Shown: positions 30,454 to 40,446, counted from the first letter of the stretch. The stretch is DNA of 47,287 nucleotides from Planctomycetota bacterium (GCA_039815285.1 JBCBZP010000021.1:1-47287), one strand, 5' to 3'. Numbers and translations: made by a program. The notes: generated by a model from the sequence alone, not told the origin.

Positions 30454-32015
30454 CCAGCGAATCACGCGAGCGAGCGTCGCGGCCCAAGACTCAGGCGCAG
30501 GCTGTCCGCGTCGGGCTCGCAGTCACGGCCCTGATCGCTGTGACGACGTCCGCCGCGATCGACGCGCCATTGCCTGCCACGCTGGCGTTGCTCGCGGCCG
30601 CGGCCGCCGTGATGACGTGGGCATCGGGCATTCTCAACGCGGCACCCGCGTCACCCCAAGGGCCCGCTCCAGAGCGACCCCAAGACGCGGTCCCCTCGCG
30701 ACCGTCTGCGGAGGATCGGTCGCAAGAAGCCCTGCTCGAGGCTATCGGGCTGCCGACCCTGGTCGCGACCCCGAACGGCGTCGTGGCCGTCGCGAATTCG
30801 CGGGCTCGCGCGTACTTGTCGCCCAAGCGTGAGATCGTCGGACGCCCGCTCGAAGAGCTGTTCACCAAGGCCGAGATCCTGGACCTGATCTCGTCGGCGC
30901 GGGGCGGCGTCTCACGCGGCTCGCGCGTCCGCGTCCCAACTCCCGATGGAACGACCGTCCTCGACGTGCTCGCCGCGGCGCTGCCCGACGGCGTAGCACT
31001 TCCCGAGCCCGAGCCCGAGCCCGAGAGCAGGAGCAGGAGCGGGACCATTGACGGAGCAGGTCGTCAAGAAAGTGGCACTCGGCACGCCGTTCTCCTTTCG
31101 CTGCGCGACGTGACCGAGCTCTCGCTTGCGCTGCAGTTGAAGACCGACTTCGTTGCGAACGCGTCGCACGAGCTGCGTACGCCGATCTCGGCGATCCGCG
31201 CCGCGGTCGATACGCTCTCGGTCGCCGGGGACGACGCGGCGATGCGGGCCAAGCTGCTCGACATGGTCGACCGGCACACAACACGCCTCGACGAGCTGGT
31301 CCGCGACATGCTGGACCTGTCCAAGCTCGAGTCGCCCGACGCGCCGCTCCGGATCCGCGACGTCGCCGCGTCGGAGATCGCCCGCGAGCTGAGCGAGGGG
31401 CTCGCGACCGCGTGCGAACGCCGCGGCATCACGCTGACCTTCGACCTGCCCGGTTCGTTCGAGCGGCTCCGGACCGACCGGCGCGTGCTCATGCTGATCC
31501 TCAAGAACCTCGTCGAAAACGCCGTGAAGTTCGCCGACGACAACACGGAGGTCCGGATCGATGGTGTCGCCCTGCCGCCCCGGGTCGAGCAGGGCCAGCC
31601 CGACGACTCCCCGGGCGCGAGGTTCCGTGTAATCGACCGCGGCGAGGGCATCCCGCTGCAGCAGCAGCAACGCGTCTTCGAACGCTTCTTCCAGAACGAT
31701 GAAGCCCGGTCTGGCGAGCCGCGGAAGCGGGGTACCGGGCTCGGACTCGCGATCGTCAAGCACGGCGTCCGCGCGCTGGGTGGCTCGGTCAGCGTCGAGT
31801 CTGTCTGGCAGAAGGGCACGACCATGACCGTCGATCTGCCGTCCGTGCTGCCCGCGACCGAAGCGGTTCCGCAGGCAGAACCCCTCAGCACGATCAATGA
31901 CGCGGGGCCCGCTCTCGGGAGAAGCACGAAGAAAGGGAGCGACGACAACACTCGGCGCCCGGACGTAACCGATCCAACACCCGAAAAACCAGCAACCGCT
32001 CTTCCCGAGGGCTGA
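30450..32015 (+). CDS. sensor histidine kinase (PhoR-like)
   Basis: GTG 30450 overlaps the response-regulator stop (GTGA). N-terminal TM segments, a PAS-like segment, HisKA box ASHELRTPISAI, and HATPase motifs (NLVENAVKF, DRGEGIP, GTGLGLAIVKH). Confidence 0.85.
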   Translation: MTSESRERASRPKTQAQAVRVGLAVTALIAVTTSAAIDAPLPATLALLAAAAAVMTWASGILNAAPASPQGPAPERPQDAVPSRPSAEDRSQEALLEAIGLPTLVATPNGVVAVANSRARAYLSPKREIVGRPLEELFTKAEILDLISSARGGVSRGSRVRVPTPDGTTVLDVLAAALPDGVALPEPEPEPESRSRSGTIDGAGRQESGTRHAVLLSLRDVTELSLALQLKTDFVANASHELRTPISAIRAAVDTLSVAGDDAAMRAKLLDMVDRHTTRLDELVRDMLDLSKLESPDAPLRIRDVAASEIARELSEGLATACERRGITLTFDLPGSFERLRTDRRVLMLILKNLVENAVKFADDNTEVRIDGVALPPRVEQGQPDDSPGARFRVIDRGEGIPLQQQQRVFERFFQNDEARSGEPRKRGTGLGLAIVKHGVRALGGSVSVESVWQKGTTMTVDLPSVLPATEAVPQAEPLSTINDAGPALGRSTKKGSDDNTRRPDVTDPTPEKPATALPEG

Positions 32016-32045
32016 GAACCGGACCTGCGGCGGCCCTTGCCGCTA

Positions 32046-32495
32046 TCAGCGGACCGGCGCCGCATCCACACCCGAGAGCTGCTGGAGCCGCCGGGAGACG
32101 GCCCGGAGCAGAGCCGCCTCGCGATCGCGCTCGCGCTCTCCCGCCGCACCGACCACCGATCGGAGCTCCAGACGGCCCCCGCTGCCGGGCGTCACGATCA
32201 GCAGACCGGGCTCCTCGTCGATGGTGATCATCAGGAATACGACCGAGGTCTCGGTCTGCTGCGACGACAGAGGTGTCATCTCCGCCCAGCCGGCCCCGAC
32301 GAGCACCGCCGCCCCGATATCGTCCCAGTCGCCGCGCGTCAGCACGACCGAGCCAGGGATCGGGTTGTCCGGCGGCCGGTACGCTTTGCCGCACGCGGCC
32401 GGCACGAGCGGGCACGCCGAAACGACCGAGAGCAGTACGGCGCTAGCCTTGCTGCGATGGCACGCAGCGGGCTTGAAGGGCTTTGTTTGATTCAC
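32046..32495 (-). CDS. candidate small lipoprotein (speculative)
   Basis: A minus-strand frame in the 440-bp gap between the kinase and phoH. GTG 32495 with GGAG 6 nt upstream gives MNQTKPFKPAACHRSKASAVLLSVVSAC, with a basic n-region, hydrophobic core and lipobox VVSAC, followed by about 120 aa. Its 5' end overlaps the phoH start region. It could equally be a non-coding frame of GC-rich DNA. Confidence 0.25.
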   Translation of the reverse strand: MNQTKPFKPAACHRSKASAVLLSVVSACPLVPAACGKAYRPPDNPIPGSVVLTRGDWDDIGAAVLVGAGWAEMTPLSSQQTETSVVFLMITIDEEPGLLIVTPGSGGRLELRSVVGAAGERERDREAALLRAVSRRLQQLSGVDAAPVR

Positions 32496-33524
32496 ACCAC
32501 GCTCCGCATCGAAAGCGACCCGGTCGCGGTCCTCGGGCCGGCCGACCGCTTCGCCAAGATGATCCGCGAATCGCTCGTTGTCAAGCTGACGACGCGTGAC
32601 CGGGACGTCATCGTTGAAGGCGAGCGCGACCGGGTGCAAGCCGCCACGACGGTTCTGGCGGTGCTCGACAGGCGGGTGGGCGGCGGGCGTCCTGTGGAAA
32701 CGCCTGAGCTTTTAACGCGCCTCGCCGACGCCGCGGCAGGCCTCGGTCAGGGCCCACGCCCCGCGTTCAGCGCACCGGGCACCTCCGCCCCTGTCACCCC
32801 CCCCGTCAATGCTTTGAGCCGCGACGGCTCTCCGATCGCGTGGCGGGGCGACCTCGACGTCTATGCCGCCGGCAGAAGACTTCGACCACGCTCGGATAAC
32901 CAGGCCCGCTACCTCGAGGCGATCCGCGGGAACGACCTGGTCTTCGCGATCGGCCCGGCTGGCACGGGCAAGACCTACCTCGCGGTCGCCGCCGCGGTCC
33001 AGCTGCTCAAGGAAGACCGTGTCCGCAAGCTCATGCTTGTCCGCCCGGCGGTCGAAGCGGGCGAGCGGCTCGGGTTCCTGCCCGGCGGCATCGAGGACAA
33101 GGTCAACCCGTACCTCCGGCCGCTCCTCGACGCGCTCAACGACATGATGGACTACCAGACGATCCGCCGGTTCATGGAGACCGACGTCGTCGAGATCTGC
33201 CCGCTCGCGTTCATGCGTGGGCGAACGCTGAACAATGCGATCGTCATCCTCGACGAGGCCCAGAACACGACCGTCAACCAGATGCAGATGTTCCTGACCC
33301 GTCTCGGCGACGGGTCGAAGATGGTCGTGACCGGCGACGTCACGCAGATCGACCTGCCCCCGACCGAGCCGTCGGGGCTCATCGACGCGGCGAGGCGGCT
33401 GCGTCGCGTTCCGGGCGTCGAGTTTGTTCCGCTCGAAAAACAGGACGTCGTGCGGCACCCGCTCGTGCAGCGGATCGTCGAGGCGTACGGCGAGCACCCC
33501 CACCGGGCCGCGGACGCCTCCTGA
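32457..33524 (+). CDS. phoH: PhoH-family ATPase (YbeZ-like)
   Basis: Walker A FAIGPAGTGKTYLAV, with conserved PhoH blocks LMLVRPAVEAGERLGFLPG, NPYLRPLLDAL, AFMRGRTLNNAIVILDEAQNTT and VVTGDVTQIDLP. Start at ATG 32457 or TTG 32487 (GAAGGG 6 nt upstream); the track ORF from 32037 is an implausible extension. Confidence 0.85.
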   Translation: MARSGLEGLCLIHTTLRIESDPVAVLGPADRFAKMIRESLVVKLTTRDRDVIVEGERDRVQAATTVLAVLDRRVGGGRPVETPELLTRLADAAAGLGQGPRPAFSAPGTSAPVTPPVNALSRDGSPIAWRGDLDVYAAGRRLRPRSDNQARYLEAIRGNDLVFAIGPAGTGKTYLAVAAAVQLLKEDRVRKLMLVRPAVEAGERLGFLPGGIEDKVNPYLRPLLDALNDMMDYQTIRRFMETDVVEICPLAFMRGRTLNNAIVILDEAQNTTVNQMQMFLTRLGDGSKMVVTGDVTQIDLPPTEPSGLIDAARRLRRVPGVEFVPLEKQDVVRHPLVQRIVEAYGEHPHRAADAS

Positions 33525-33542
33525 TATCCTCGGGCCAGACGC

Positions 33543-35924
33543 ATGCCGAAGGACTCCACAAAAGCCGCACAACAGCCCCGCCGCGTCCAGGCCATCCAGC
33601 GACCGACGCGGCGCCTGCCAGGGCTCATGACCCTGCTGTCCAGAGAGCCCAACCTCGGGTACGCTCTGCTGGCGGTCGCCGGCTTCATCGCGATCGGTTC
33701 GGTTATTGTCAACATCGCGTCCGACGCCATCGCCCTCAATCCCCAGCGGATCGCTGGTCAGACCAGGCACGCACGCGTCGGATTCACGATGGTCGACCGG
33801 GCCGCGAGCGACGCGGCGGCTCGGGAGCTCGCCGGGTCGACGCCGCGCCTGTACTCGGCGAACGAAGCCCTGCTCGCCGAAGTCGAGCAGCGAACGGCTT
33901 CTCTCCCCGAGGCGCTCGCCGCGGCAGCGGACCTCGCGTCGGTGATCGACGGCGTGCGGCTGCCGTTCGCGCTCGACCAGGAGCTCTTTGAGAACATCCG
34001 GTCGTACGTTGAGTACCCGGCCGCAGAAACCGCAGACGCCAACAAACAACAAGACGACCCCGCCGCCCCGGCCACGCCGGAGGTGCTGCCCGAATGGACA
34101 GAAGCGGTCGAGAGGCTGCTGCGCCTGCTGCGTGATCAGCCGGTGATCACAAACACCGAGTACCAGGTCGAGCTCAGCAGCCGCAGCCCGATCGAGCTGG
34201 TCGACCCCGACGGCAGCACCCGCCCGGTGTCGATCGTCGACTTCCGTGACGCGGGCGCCAGCCCGGCGGAGACACTCCGGCCACTGGTCGAAAGAGCCCG
34301 CTTCCCGACCGGGACCGAACGAGCGATCGCGGCGTATCTCGTCTCGCTGCGCGACCCCCCAACGGGGCGCTTCCCGCCGACCTATCGGTTCGACGAGCAG
34401 CGGACCAGTGCGCGGCTCACCGAAGAGCTTGCCAGTGTTGCAGACGTCCTGATCGACACCCCCGCGGGCGAGCCGGTGGTCACCCGCGGCCAGCTCGTCA
34501 CCGAGCGCACGCTCGCCACGCTCCGCGCTGAGCGCGACGCGTTCGAACGCACCGCCCCCGCGTGGCTGCGGCTGCTGCCGCGGCTGTCGCTGACGGGCGC
34601 CGTGATCGCGGTCGCGATCGCCATCGCCGCATACGCGGGCAGCTACAACCGCAAGCTCCACCGCAATCCGGACCGCATGCTCGGGCTCGCGGCGCTCCTG
34701 CTCACCGGGCTCGCCGCGGCCGGCTTCGGCACCGCGGCCGCGCCCCAGCTCTGGGGCCTGACCGCCCTCGCCCCCACCCTGCTCGTCACCAGTATCCTGA
34801 TCATCGCGTACGACCAGCGCACGGCGCTCGCGATCGGCTCGCTGCACGCGCTGCTCGTTTGCGTCACGCTCCAGGAGCCCGTCGGCACGTTCGCGCTGCT
34901 GCTCACCGGCGTGGGCGCTGCCGTCTGGACGCTCTCGGAGATCCGAGACCGCCGCACCATCATGCGGTCGGGGCTGGTCGTCGGCGCGGCGCTGCTCGTG
35001 ACGACGGCAAGCGTCTCGATCGTCGACCGCCCCCTGCCCGAGGGGCTCGAGCAGCTGGTGTTCGACGCGGCGCTGGCCGGGCTCGGCGGGCTCGTCGTCG
35101 CCGCCGTCACGCTCGCCCTCGTTTCCAGCGTCGAGTCGCTGTTCGACATCACCACGGGCATGACGCTCATCGAGCTGCGCGATCCGAAGCAGCCGCTGCT
35201 CCGCGAGCTCCAGCAGCGCGCCCCCGGGACGTACAACCACTCGCTGAACGTCGCGTCGATCGCCGAGCAGGCCGCCGACGCGATCGGCGCCGACAGCCTG
35301 CTGACCTACGTCGGCGCCCTCTACCACGACGTCGGCAAGATGAACAAGCCCGAGTACTTCATCGAGAACCAGACCCCCGGCGAGAACCGGCACGAGAAGC
35401 TCTCGCCCGCCATGTCGCTGCTCGTGATCGTCGGGCACGTCAAGGACGGCGTCGAGCTCGCCCGCGAGTTCCAGATCCCCCGACCGCTCCACCACTTCAT
35501 CGAGGCCCACCACGGCACCACGCTCGTCGAGTACTTCTACCACCGGGCCGTGAAGGAAGCCGAGACCGACGTCGTCCTCGGCGAACCCTCCGGCGGCATC
35601 GCCAAGGGCTCCGCCCGAGGGCCCGACGAGTTCGACTACCGATACCCGGGCCCCAAGCCCGCGAGCAAGGAGGTCGCGATCCTGATGCTCGCCGACGCGG
35701 TCGAGAGCGCCGCCCGCGCCCTCACCGAGCCCACGCCCGCCCGCATCGAGAACCTGGTCAAGACCATCGCACGCAAACGGCTCGACGACGGGCAGTTCGA
35801 CGAGTGCGCCCTCACGCTCCGCGAGCTCGTCACGATCACGGAATCGGTCACCAAGTCGATGACCGCGATCTACCACGGCCGCATCGCGTACCCGTCGGGC
35901 GAATCCGCGGCCCGGCCCGCGTGA
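33543..35924 (+). CDS. 7TM receptor with intracellular HD hydrolase (PgpH/YqfF-like HDIG protein)
   Basis: A long extracellular N-terminal region, 7 predicted TM helices (aa about 330-520), and a C-terminal HD domain with HSLNVASIAEQAA...LYHDVGKM...HHGTTLVEYFYHRA. The phoH-7TM-HD gene order is conserved in many bacteria. Confidence 0.8.
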   Translation: MPKDSTKAAQQPRRVQAIQRPTRRLPGLMTLLSREPNLGYALLAVAGFIAIGSVIVNIASDAIALNPQRIAGQTRHARVGFTMVDRAASDAAARELAGSTPRLYSANEALLAEVEQRTASLPEALAAAADLASVIDGVRLPFALDQELFENIRSYVEYPAAETADANKQQDDPAAPATPEVLPEWTEAVERLLRLLRDQPVITNTEYQVELSSRSPIELVDPDGSTRPVSIVDFRDAGASPAETLRPLVERARFPTGTERAIAAYLVSLRDPPTGRFPPTYRFDEQRTSARLTEELASVADVLIDTPAGEPVVTRGQLVTERTLATLRAERDAFERTAPAWLRLLPRLSLTGAVIAVAIAIAAYAGSYNRKLHRNPDRMLGLAALLLTGLAAAGFGTAAAPQLWGLTALAPTLLVTSILIIAYDQRTALAIGSLHALLVCVTLQEPVGTFALLLTGVGAAVWTLSEIRDRRTIMRSGLVVGAALLVTTASVSIVDRPLPEGLEQLVFDAALAGLGGLVVAAVTLALVSSVESLFDITTGMTLIELRDPKQPLLRELQQRAPGTYNHSLNVASIAEQAADAIGADSLLTYVGALYHDVGKMNKPEYFIENQTPGENRHEKLSPAMSLLVIVGHVKDGVELAREFQIPRPLHHFIEAHHGTTLVEYFYHRAVKEAETDVVLGEPSGGIAKGSARGPDEFDYRYPGPKPASKEVAILMLADAVESAARALTEPTPARIENLVKTIARKRLDDGQFDECALTLRELVTITESVTKSMTAIYHGRIAYPSGESAARPA

Positions 35925-35960
35925 GCCGGCCTGACTGAGCCGGACCCGACCGAGCCGGCG

Positions 35961-36230
35961 CTACTCGATGCTCACGCCCCGCCAGAACGCGACGCGATCG
36001 GCAATCTCCTTGGCGCCGTCCTTGGGCGACGGGTAGTACCACGCCGCGTCGTCGTTCACCTTGCCGTCGACCTCGATCGTCAAGTACTTCGCGTCGCCCT
36101 TCCAGGGGCAGTGCGTCGACGTGTCCGACTCCTTGAAGAACTGCTTGTCCAGCGAGTCCATCGGGAAGTACTGGTTGCCCTCGACCTCCACCAGGTCGTC
36201 GCTCTCGGCAACCGTCGCACCGTTCCACAT
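35961..36230 (-). CDS. DUF427 domain protein (short form)
   Basis: MWNGATVAESDDLVEVEGNQYFP...HCPWKGDAKYLTIEV...DAAWYYPSPKDGAKEIADRVAFW matches the DUF427 conserved blocks. ATG 36230. Confidence 0.65.
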   Translation of the reverse strand: MWNGATVAESDDLVEVEGNQYFPMDSLDKQFFKESDTSTHCPWKGDAKYLTIEVDGKVNDDAAWYYPSPKDGAKEIADRVAFWRGVSIE

Positions 36231-36270
36231 CGCTTTCGCCACCACGCGCTCCTTTCCGAAACGTTCCCGA

Positions 36271-36732
36271 TCACACGCCGCCCTGAGCATCGCCCGATAC
36301 GCGGACCTTCACCTCGCCCAGCAGCGTCTTGTGCACCGGGCACTTGTGGGCGATCTCCAGGAGCCGCGCCCGCTGCTCGGCCGACAGGTCGCCCTCGAGC
36401 TCCAGCTCGATCTTGAGTTCATCGATCGTGCCCGCGGTGGATTCGCAGTCGGCGCAGTCCTTCGCGTGGACCTTCTCGTGGCTCAACGCGACACCGACGC
36501 GCTCCAACGGCCACCGCTTGCGGTCGGCGTACATCCGCAGCGTGATCGCCGTGCACGCGCCCAGGCTCGACAGCAGCAGCTCGTACGGCCCGGGACCGAG
36601 CCCCGTCCCGCCCAGCTCGGCCGGCTCGTCGGCCAACGCCGTCCGCCCGGCCGCGTCGGTCACGCCCTCGTACGCGATCTCGGTCCGGTACCGCTCCCGC
36701 CCGATGCTCACCAGCACGCCGCCCTCAGACAT
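36271..36732 (-). CDS. OsmC/Ohr-family peroxiredoxin-like protein
   Basis: ATG 36732 with GGAGG 7 nt upstream. [29 protein letters not shown] and the C-terminal CPVHKTL motif match the OsmC fold. The track ORF extends as an Arg-rich artefact to 37176. Confidence 0.75.
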   Translation of the reverse strand: MSEGGVLVSIGRERYRTEIAYEGVTDAAGRTALADEPAELGGTGLGPGPYELLLSSLGACTAITLRMYADRKRWPLERVGVALSHEKVHAKDCADCESTAGTIDELKIELELEGDLSAEQRARLLEIAHKCPVHKTLLGEVKVRVSGDAQGGV

Positions 36733-36791
36733 CACACGCCCTCCGTTCGCCCGCCCGGTTTGTGCTCGGGCGACGTTGCCCAAGCCGACCG

Positions 36792-38270
36792 CTACACCTC
36801 GAAGTAATCGTTCACGAACCCGCGGACATTCCCGGACCGCGACATCTCCAGCACCCGCAGCAGCCGCGTCAGGTCGCGCTTCCGCTTGTTTTCGATCTCG
36901 TCGCGGTCGACCTCGCTCTCGTCGAGCGGGCGGACGAACCGGTACCGCGTGACCTCGCCTCGGACCTTCTCGTGCTCGCCGCTGAAGCCCGTCCGCTCGA
37001 CGACGCCCCGCTTCTCCAGGTCGATCATCGCGTACTCGATGACCGCCCGCTTGGAGTGCCCGCCCGCCTTGCCGAACACCTTGAGCCTGAGCTCCTCGGC
37101 GTCCCAGTCGTGGTGGTCGCTCCCGGCCATGACCCGGCCGAGCTCCAGCAGCAGCTCGGCCCCCGGGTTCTGCCACTGCGTGAACTCGGTCTGCACCGCC
37201 AGGTCGTCCTCGCTCATCAGCAGCAGGCAGGAGCTGGGCTCGCCGTCACGCCCCGCCCGGCCCACCTCCTGGAAGTACGCCTCGACCGAGCCGGGCATCT
37301 GCGCGTGCACGATGAAGCGGATGTCGGGCTTGTCCACGCCCATGCCGAACGCGTTGGTCGCCAGCAGCACGAGCCGGTCGCCCGGCGTCGCCGCCGCGAA
37401 CCGCTCGTACACCCGCTTCTTCTCCCGCGGCGGCAGCTTCCCGTGGTACACCCCGACCTCACACCCACCGGCCTCACCCCGAGGGAGCGCCCGGCTCAAC
37501 AGCGGCACGAACCGCTCCAGCTCCTTGATCAGCGAGAAGTAGACGATGCCCGTCCCCGCGTTCGCCGCCGCGACCCGCCGCACCGCGGCGACCTTGTCCT
37601 CGTCCGACCAGATCTGCTCCGCGTCGAGCGACAGGTTGGGCCGCTCGATCGGCTCGGCGAACAGCGGCATCTCCCGCTCGTCGGTCCCGAGCACCCGCAG
37701 GATGTCCTCGCGCACCTCGCGGGTCGCGGTCGCGGTGAGCGCGACGGTCACGGGCCGCCCCAGCTCTTCGCGGAACCGCCCGATCTCCTGGTAGGCGGGC
37801 CGCAGATCGTGCCCCCACTTGGTGATGCAGTGCGCCTCGTCGACGGCGAGCAGCTTCACGCCGACGGTCTCGATCGCGTCGCGGAACCCGGGCCGGGCCA
37901 TCCGCTCGGGCGTTGCGTAGACGAGCTCGAACGCGCCGTCGCGCACCGCGTCCTGCCGGCGTTCGCGTTCCTTCTTCGAGAGCGTCGAGTTGATGTATGT
38001 CGCCCGGATGCCCCGGGCCTTGAGCGACGCGACCTGGTCCTCCATCAGCGCGATCAGCGGCGAGAAGACCAGGCACACCCCGGGGTCGTCCATCTCGCCC
38101 TCGCGGAGCACCGCCGGGAGCTGGTAGCACAGGCTCTTGCCCGAGCCCGTCGGCAAGACAACGAGCGCGTCGCCCCCGGACAGCACCCGATCCACCACCC
38201 GGCGCTGCACCGGGTAAAGCGCACCGATCCCGAATCGCTCGGAGAGAACCGCATCGACCGCCGTTGACAT
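36792..38270 (-). CDS. recQ: RecQ-family ATP-dependent DNA helicase
   Basis: Helicase motifs [40 protein letters not shown], and the RecQ C-terminal zinc-binding region. 492 aa; no obvious HRDC domain. Confidence 0.85.
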   Translation of the reverse strand: MSTAVDAVLSERFGIGALYPVQRRVVDRVLSGGDALVVLPTGSGKSLCYQLPAVLREGEMDDPGVCLVFSPLIALMEDQVASLKARGIRATYINSTLSKKERERRQDAVRDGAFELVYATPERMARPGFRDAIETVGVKLLAVDEAHCITKWGHDLRPAYQEIGRFREELGRPVTVALTATATREVREDILRVLGTDEREMPLFAEPIERPNLSLDAEQIWSDEDKVAAVRRVAAANAGTGIVYFSLIKELERFVPLLSRALPRGEAGGCEVGVYHGKLPPREKKRVYERFAAATPGDRLVLLATNAFGMGVDKPDIRFIVHAQMPGSVEAYFQEVGRAGRDGEPSSCLLLMSEDDLAVQTEFTQWQNPGAELLLELGRVMAGSDHHDWDAEELRLKVFGKAGGHSKRAVIEYAMIDLEKRGVVERTGFSGEHEKVRGEVTRYRFVRPLDESEVDRDEIENKRKRDLTRLLRVLEMSRSGNVRGFVNDYFEV

Positions 38271-38289
38271 CGGCGAACCCTAGACCGTC

Positions 38290-38955
38290 ATGGCCCCCAC
38301 TCCTTCCGCTTCCCCTGACGACCCCGCTGTCCCCGCGGCCGCCGCGTCGTCGCCAGTCGAGAACACCGCGCCGCCGCCCGTCCGCAGCACGGCCCCGCCC
38401 CCGTTCGAGCCCCACTCGTTCGAAGCGACCATCACCCTGCCCATCACCCGCGACAAGGTCTGGGCGTGGCTCAACACGCCCGAGACCTTCACCAAGGGCC
38501 AGGTGTTTCCCTTCCGCGTCGAGTTCGTGCCCGGTACGGGCGTCCACGGCGGGTCGGGCTTCGAGACCGGCGTCCAGAACATCCACCACGGCCCGTTCCT
38601 CGCCGTCGCGGGCGAGATCGGCGAGATCAACCCCGGGCCCGACGGCCGCGGTCACTACCGAGACCTGAGCTACTACTACGGCTCGTACGCGATCAGCCTC
38701 CGCCTGATCCGGCCCACGCGGCTGCGGTTCTGGCTCGCCGACAACGCACAGGATCCCGCGAATACCGACATGACCGTGCGGGTTGACTCCCACGTCCGCC
38801 CGATCGTCCGTGGCCTGTGGGCCTCGGCGAACGGGGTCTTCTGGAACCGATTCTTCAAATGGACCGCGGCCGCCGCCAAGAACGCGACCCCCCTTCCCGC
38901 AACGGACCCGGCGACGCCCACGACGCCGACGCCGGCCGTTCAGCAGACGCCATGA
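38290..38955 (+). CDS. hypothetical protein, SRPBCC (START/Bet v1-like) fold suspected
   Basis: Pro/Ala-rich N-terminus, then ATITLPITRDKVWAWLNTPETFTKGQVFP..., resembling polyketide-cyclase/SRPBCC N-termini. Weak family assignment and uncertain start. Confidence 0.4.
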   Translation: MAPTPSASPDDPAVPAAAASSPVENTAPPPVRSTAPPPFEPHSFEATITLPITRDKVWAWLNTPETFTKGQVFPFRVEFVPGTGVHGGSGFETGVQNIHHGPFLAVAGEIGEINPGPDGRGHYRDLSYYYGSYAISLRLIRPTRLRFWLADNAQDPANTDMTVRVDSHVRPIVRGLWASANGVFWNRFFKWTAAAAKNATPLPATDPATPTTPTPAVQQTP

Positions 38956-39917
38956 CGCGGCGGTTCCTCGCCCGCGACACGCCAAACTCGGACCCGGGCC
39001 GAGCACGCCGCTCCCGGCTCTTCGGCCGCGAAGCCAGGGCGTTCGCCGTCGCGTGGTCGACCTCGCTGCTGACCGGGTGCATCCCCGGACCGGCGACGTC
39101 GCCCAAGCAGATGCGGTCGCTCGAACGCTTCACCTACGGCGTGCCCGAGCTCGGCCTGTCCGTCTCGGCCCTCCGCGCGGGCGACCCGGGCGCACCCCGC
39201 CTCGTCTATGTCCACGGTACACCCGGCGACGCGACCGCCTTCGCCGACGACCTCCGCGACCCGATCCCCGGCTTCGAAGCGGTCTCCATCGACCGCCCCG
39301 GCTTCGGTCAGACGGCGCCGACCGACGGCTCTAAGCCCGTGCCCCTGCCCTCGTTCGAAGACCAGGCCCGCGCGATCGAGCCGCTGCTCACCGAGCGCCG
39401 CGAACGCTGGCCCGTCTTGATCGGGCACTCGCTCGGCGGGCCGATCGTCGCGCGGGTCGCCGCGGATCAGCCCGGCCGCGTCGGCGCGGTCGTCATCCTC
39501 TCGGGCTCGCTCGACCCCGAGCTCGAAGAGCCCAAGTGGTTCAACCACGCGGCCGACACGTGGCTCACCCGCCGCCTCATCGGCCGGGCGATGCGCCACA
39601 GTAACGACGAGATCCTCGCGGCCCCCGAACAAACCCGCCGTCTCCGCCGTGTGCTCGCCAACGTCCGCTGCCCCGTCCTGATCATCCACGGCACCGAGGA
39701 CGGCCTCGTCCCCGTCGAGAACGTCGACTACATGACCCGCGTGTTCGCGCACGTCGACCGGGTCGAGGTCGTGATCCTCGAGGGCGAGGGACACTTCATC
39801 CCCTGGACCCAGCGCGACCTGATCCGGCGGAAACTAAGCGAGTTCTTAGGACCGAGCTGGTCGGACGCTCACACCGACACGGCGTCATCGGTCGGCACAT
39901 CGCCCGCGACGAGGTAG
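38952..39917 (+). CDS. alpha/beta-hydrolase lipoprotein
   Basis: ATG 38952 overlaps the upstream stop (ATGA). Lipobox LLTGC. Nucleophile elbow GHSLGG, HGTPGD oxyanion region, and a C-terminal HGTEDGLVP...GHF catalytic Asp/His region. Confidence 0.75.
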   Translation: MTRRFLARDTPNSDPGRARRSRLFGREARAFAVAWSTSLLTGCIPGPATSPKQMRSLERFTYGVPELGLSVSALRAGDPGAPRLVYVHGTPGDATAFADDLRDPIPGFEAVSIDRPGFGQTAPTDGSKPVPLPSFEDQARAIEPLLTERRERWPVLIGHSLGGPIVARVAADQPGRVGAVVILSGSLDPELEEPKWFNHAADTWLTRRLIGRAMRHSNDEILAAPEQTRRLRRVLANVRCPVLIIHGTEDGLVPVENVDYMTRVFAHVDRVEVVILEGEGHFIPWTQRDLIRRKLSEFLGPSWSDAHTDTASSVGTSPATR

Positions 39918-40327
39918 AACCGTCCGATCGAGGCGTCGAACGTCGAGCCGTCGTCACGCTCGAGCGTGTAGAAGCCTTCCATCGTGCCCCAGCGGGTCTC
40001 GAGGGGACACCAGCTCGCATACTCGAACGCGTCGCACGGGCCAAGCAGCGGCTGCTCGCCCACGACACCCTCGTCGTCGACGACCTTGCGGTCGCCCTCG
40101 GCGTCGACGATCTCCCAGTGACGCCGCACCAGACGCGCGGTCCGAGAACCCACGTTCTCGATCTTCACCTGGTAGCTGAACGCGAAGCGGCCCGACTCGG
40201 GGTCGGAGTGCTCGGGCACGAAGCGCGGCTGCACAGACACACGGATGCCCCCGGTCTCGACGGCCGAGCCGAGCCGTCCGTCGGCGTCTGGGTGGGGCGG
40301 GTTGTTGGCGGTGGAATTATCGTGCAT
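39869..40327 (-). CDS. apaG: ApaG-domain (DUF525) protein
   Basis: SVQPRFVPEHSDPESGRFAFSYQVKIENVGSRTARLVRRHWEIVDAEGDRKVVDDEGVVGEQPLLGPCDAFEYASWCPLETRWGTMEGFY matches ApaG family signatures. ATG 40327. The 3' end overlaps the convergent hydrolase gene by about 49 nt. Confidence 0.7.
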   Translation of the reverse strand: MHDNSTANNPPHPDADGRLGSAVETGGIRVSVQPRFVPEHSDPESGRFAFSYQVKIENVGSRTARLVRRHWEIVDAEGDRKVVDDEGVVGEQPLLGPCDAFEYASWCPLETRWGTMEGFYTLERDDGSTFDASIGRFYLVAGDVPTDDAVSV

Positions 40328-40446
40328 CGTGTCGAGTATATCGGAAGAGGGGACCCTCGCAACCGCTTCTTTCTCTATGAATTCCGCCCGACGCTCGTGC
40401 CAGACCCGGAAAACGGTGCTCGATAGTGCCGATCGCACGCCCGAGA

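Noticed and set aside
32037-32456. N-terminal 140-aa extension of the phoH ORF
   Set aside because: PhoH proteins are about 320-350 aa. The extension is Arg/Asp/His-rich with no PhoH similarity, and internal starts (ATG 32457, or TTG 32487 with a GAAGGG RBS) give the canonical length.
32712-35876. 1054-aa minus-strand ORF spanning phoH and the 7TM-HD gene
   Set aside because: Antisense to two well-supported plus-strand genes. Product is Gly/Arg/Asp/Glu low-complexity.
36762-39006. Plus ORF 36762-38267 and minus ORF 37474-39006 overlapping recQ and downstream genes
   Set aside because: recQ helicase motifs are on the minus strand between 36792 and 38270, and the others are mirror-frame artefacts. 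37474-39006 would also run through two plus-strand genes.
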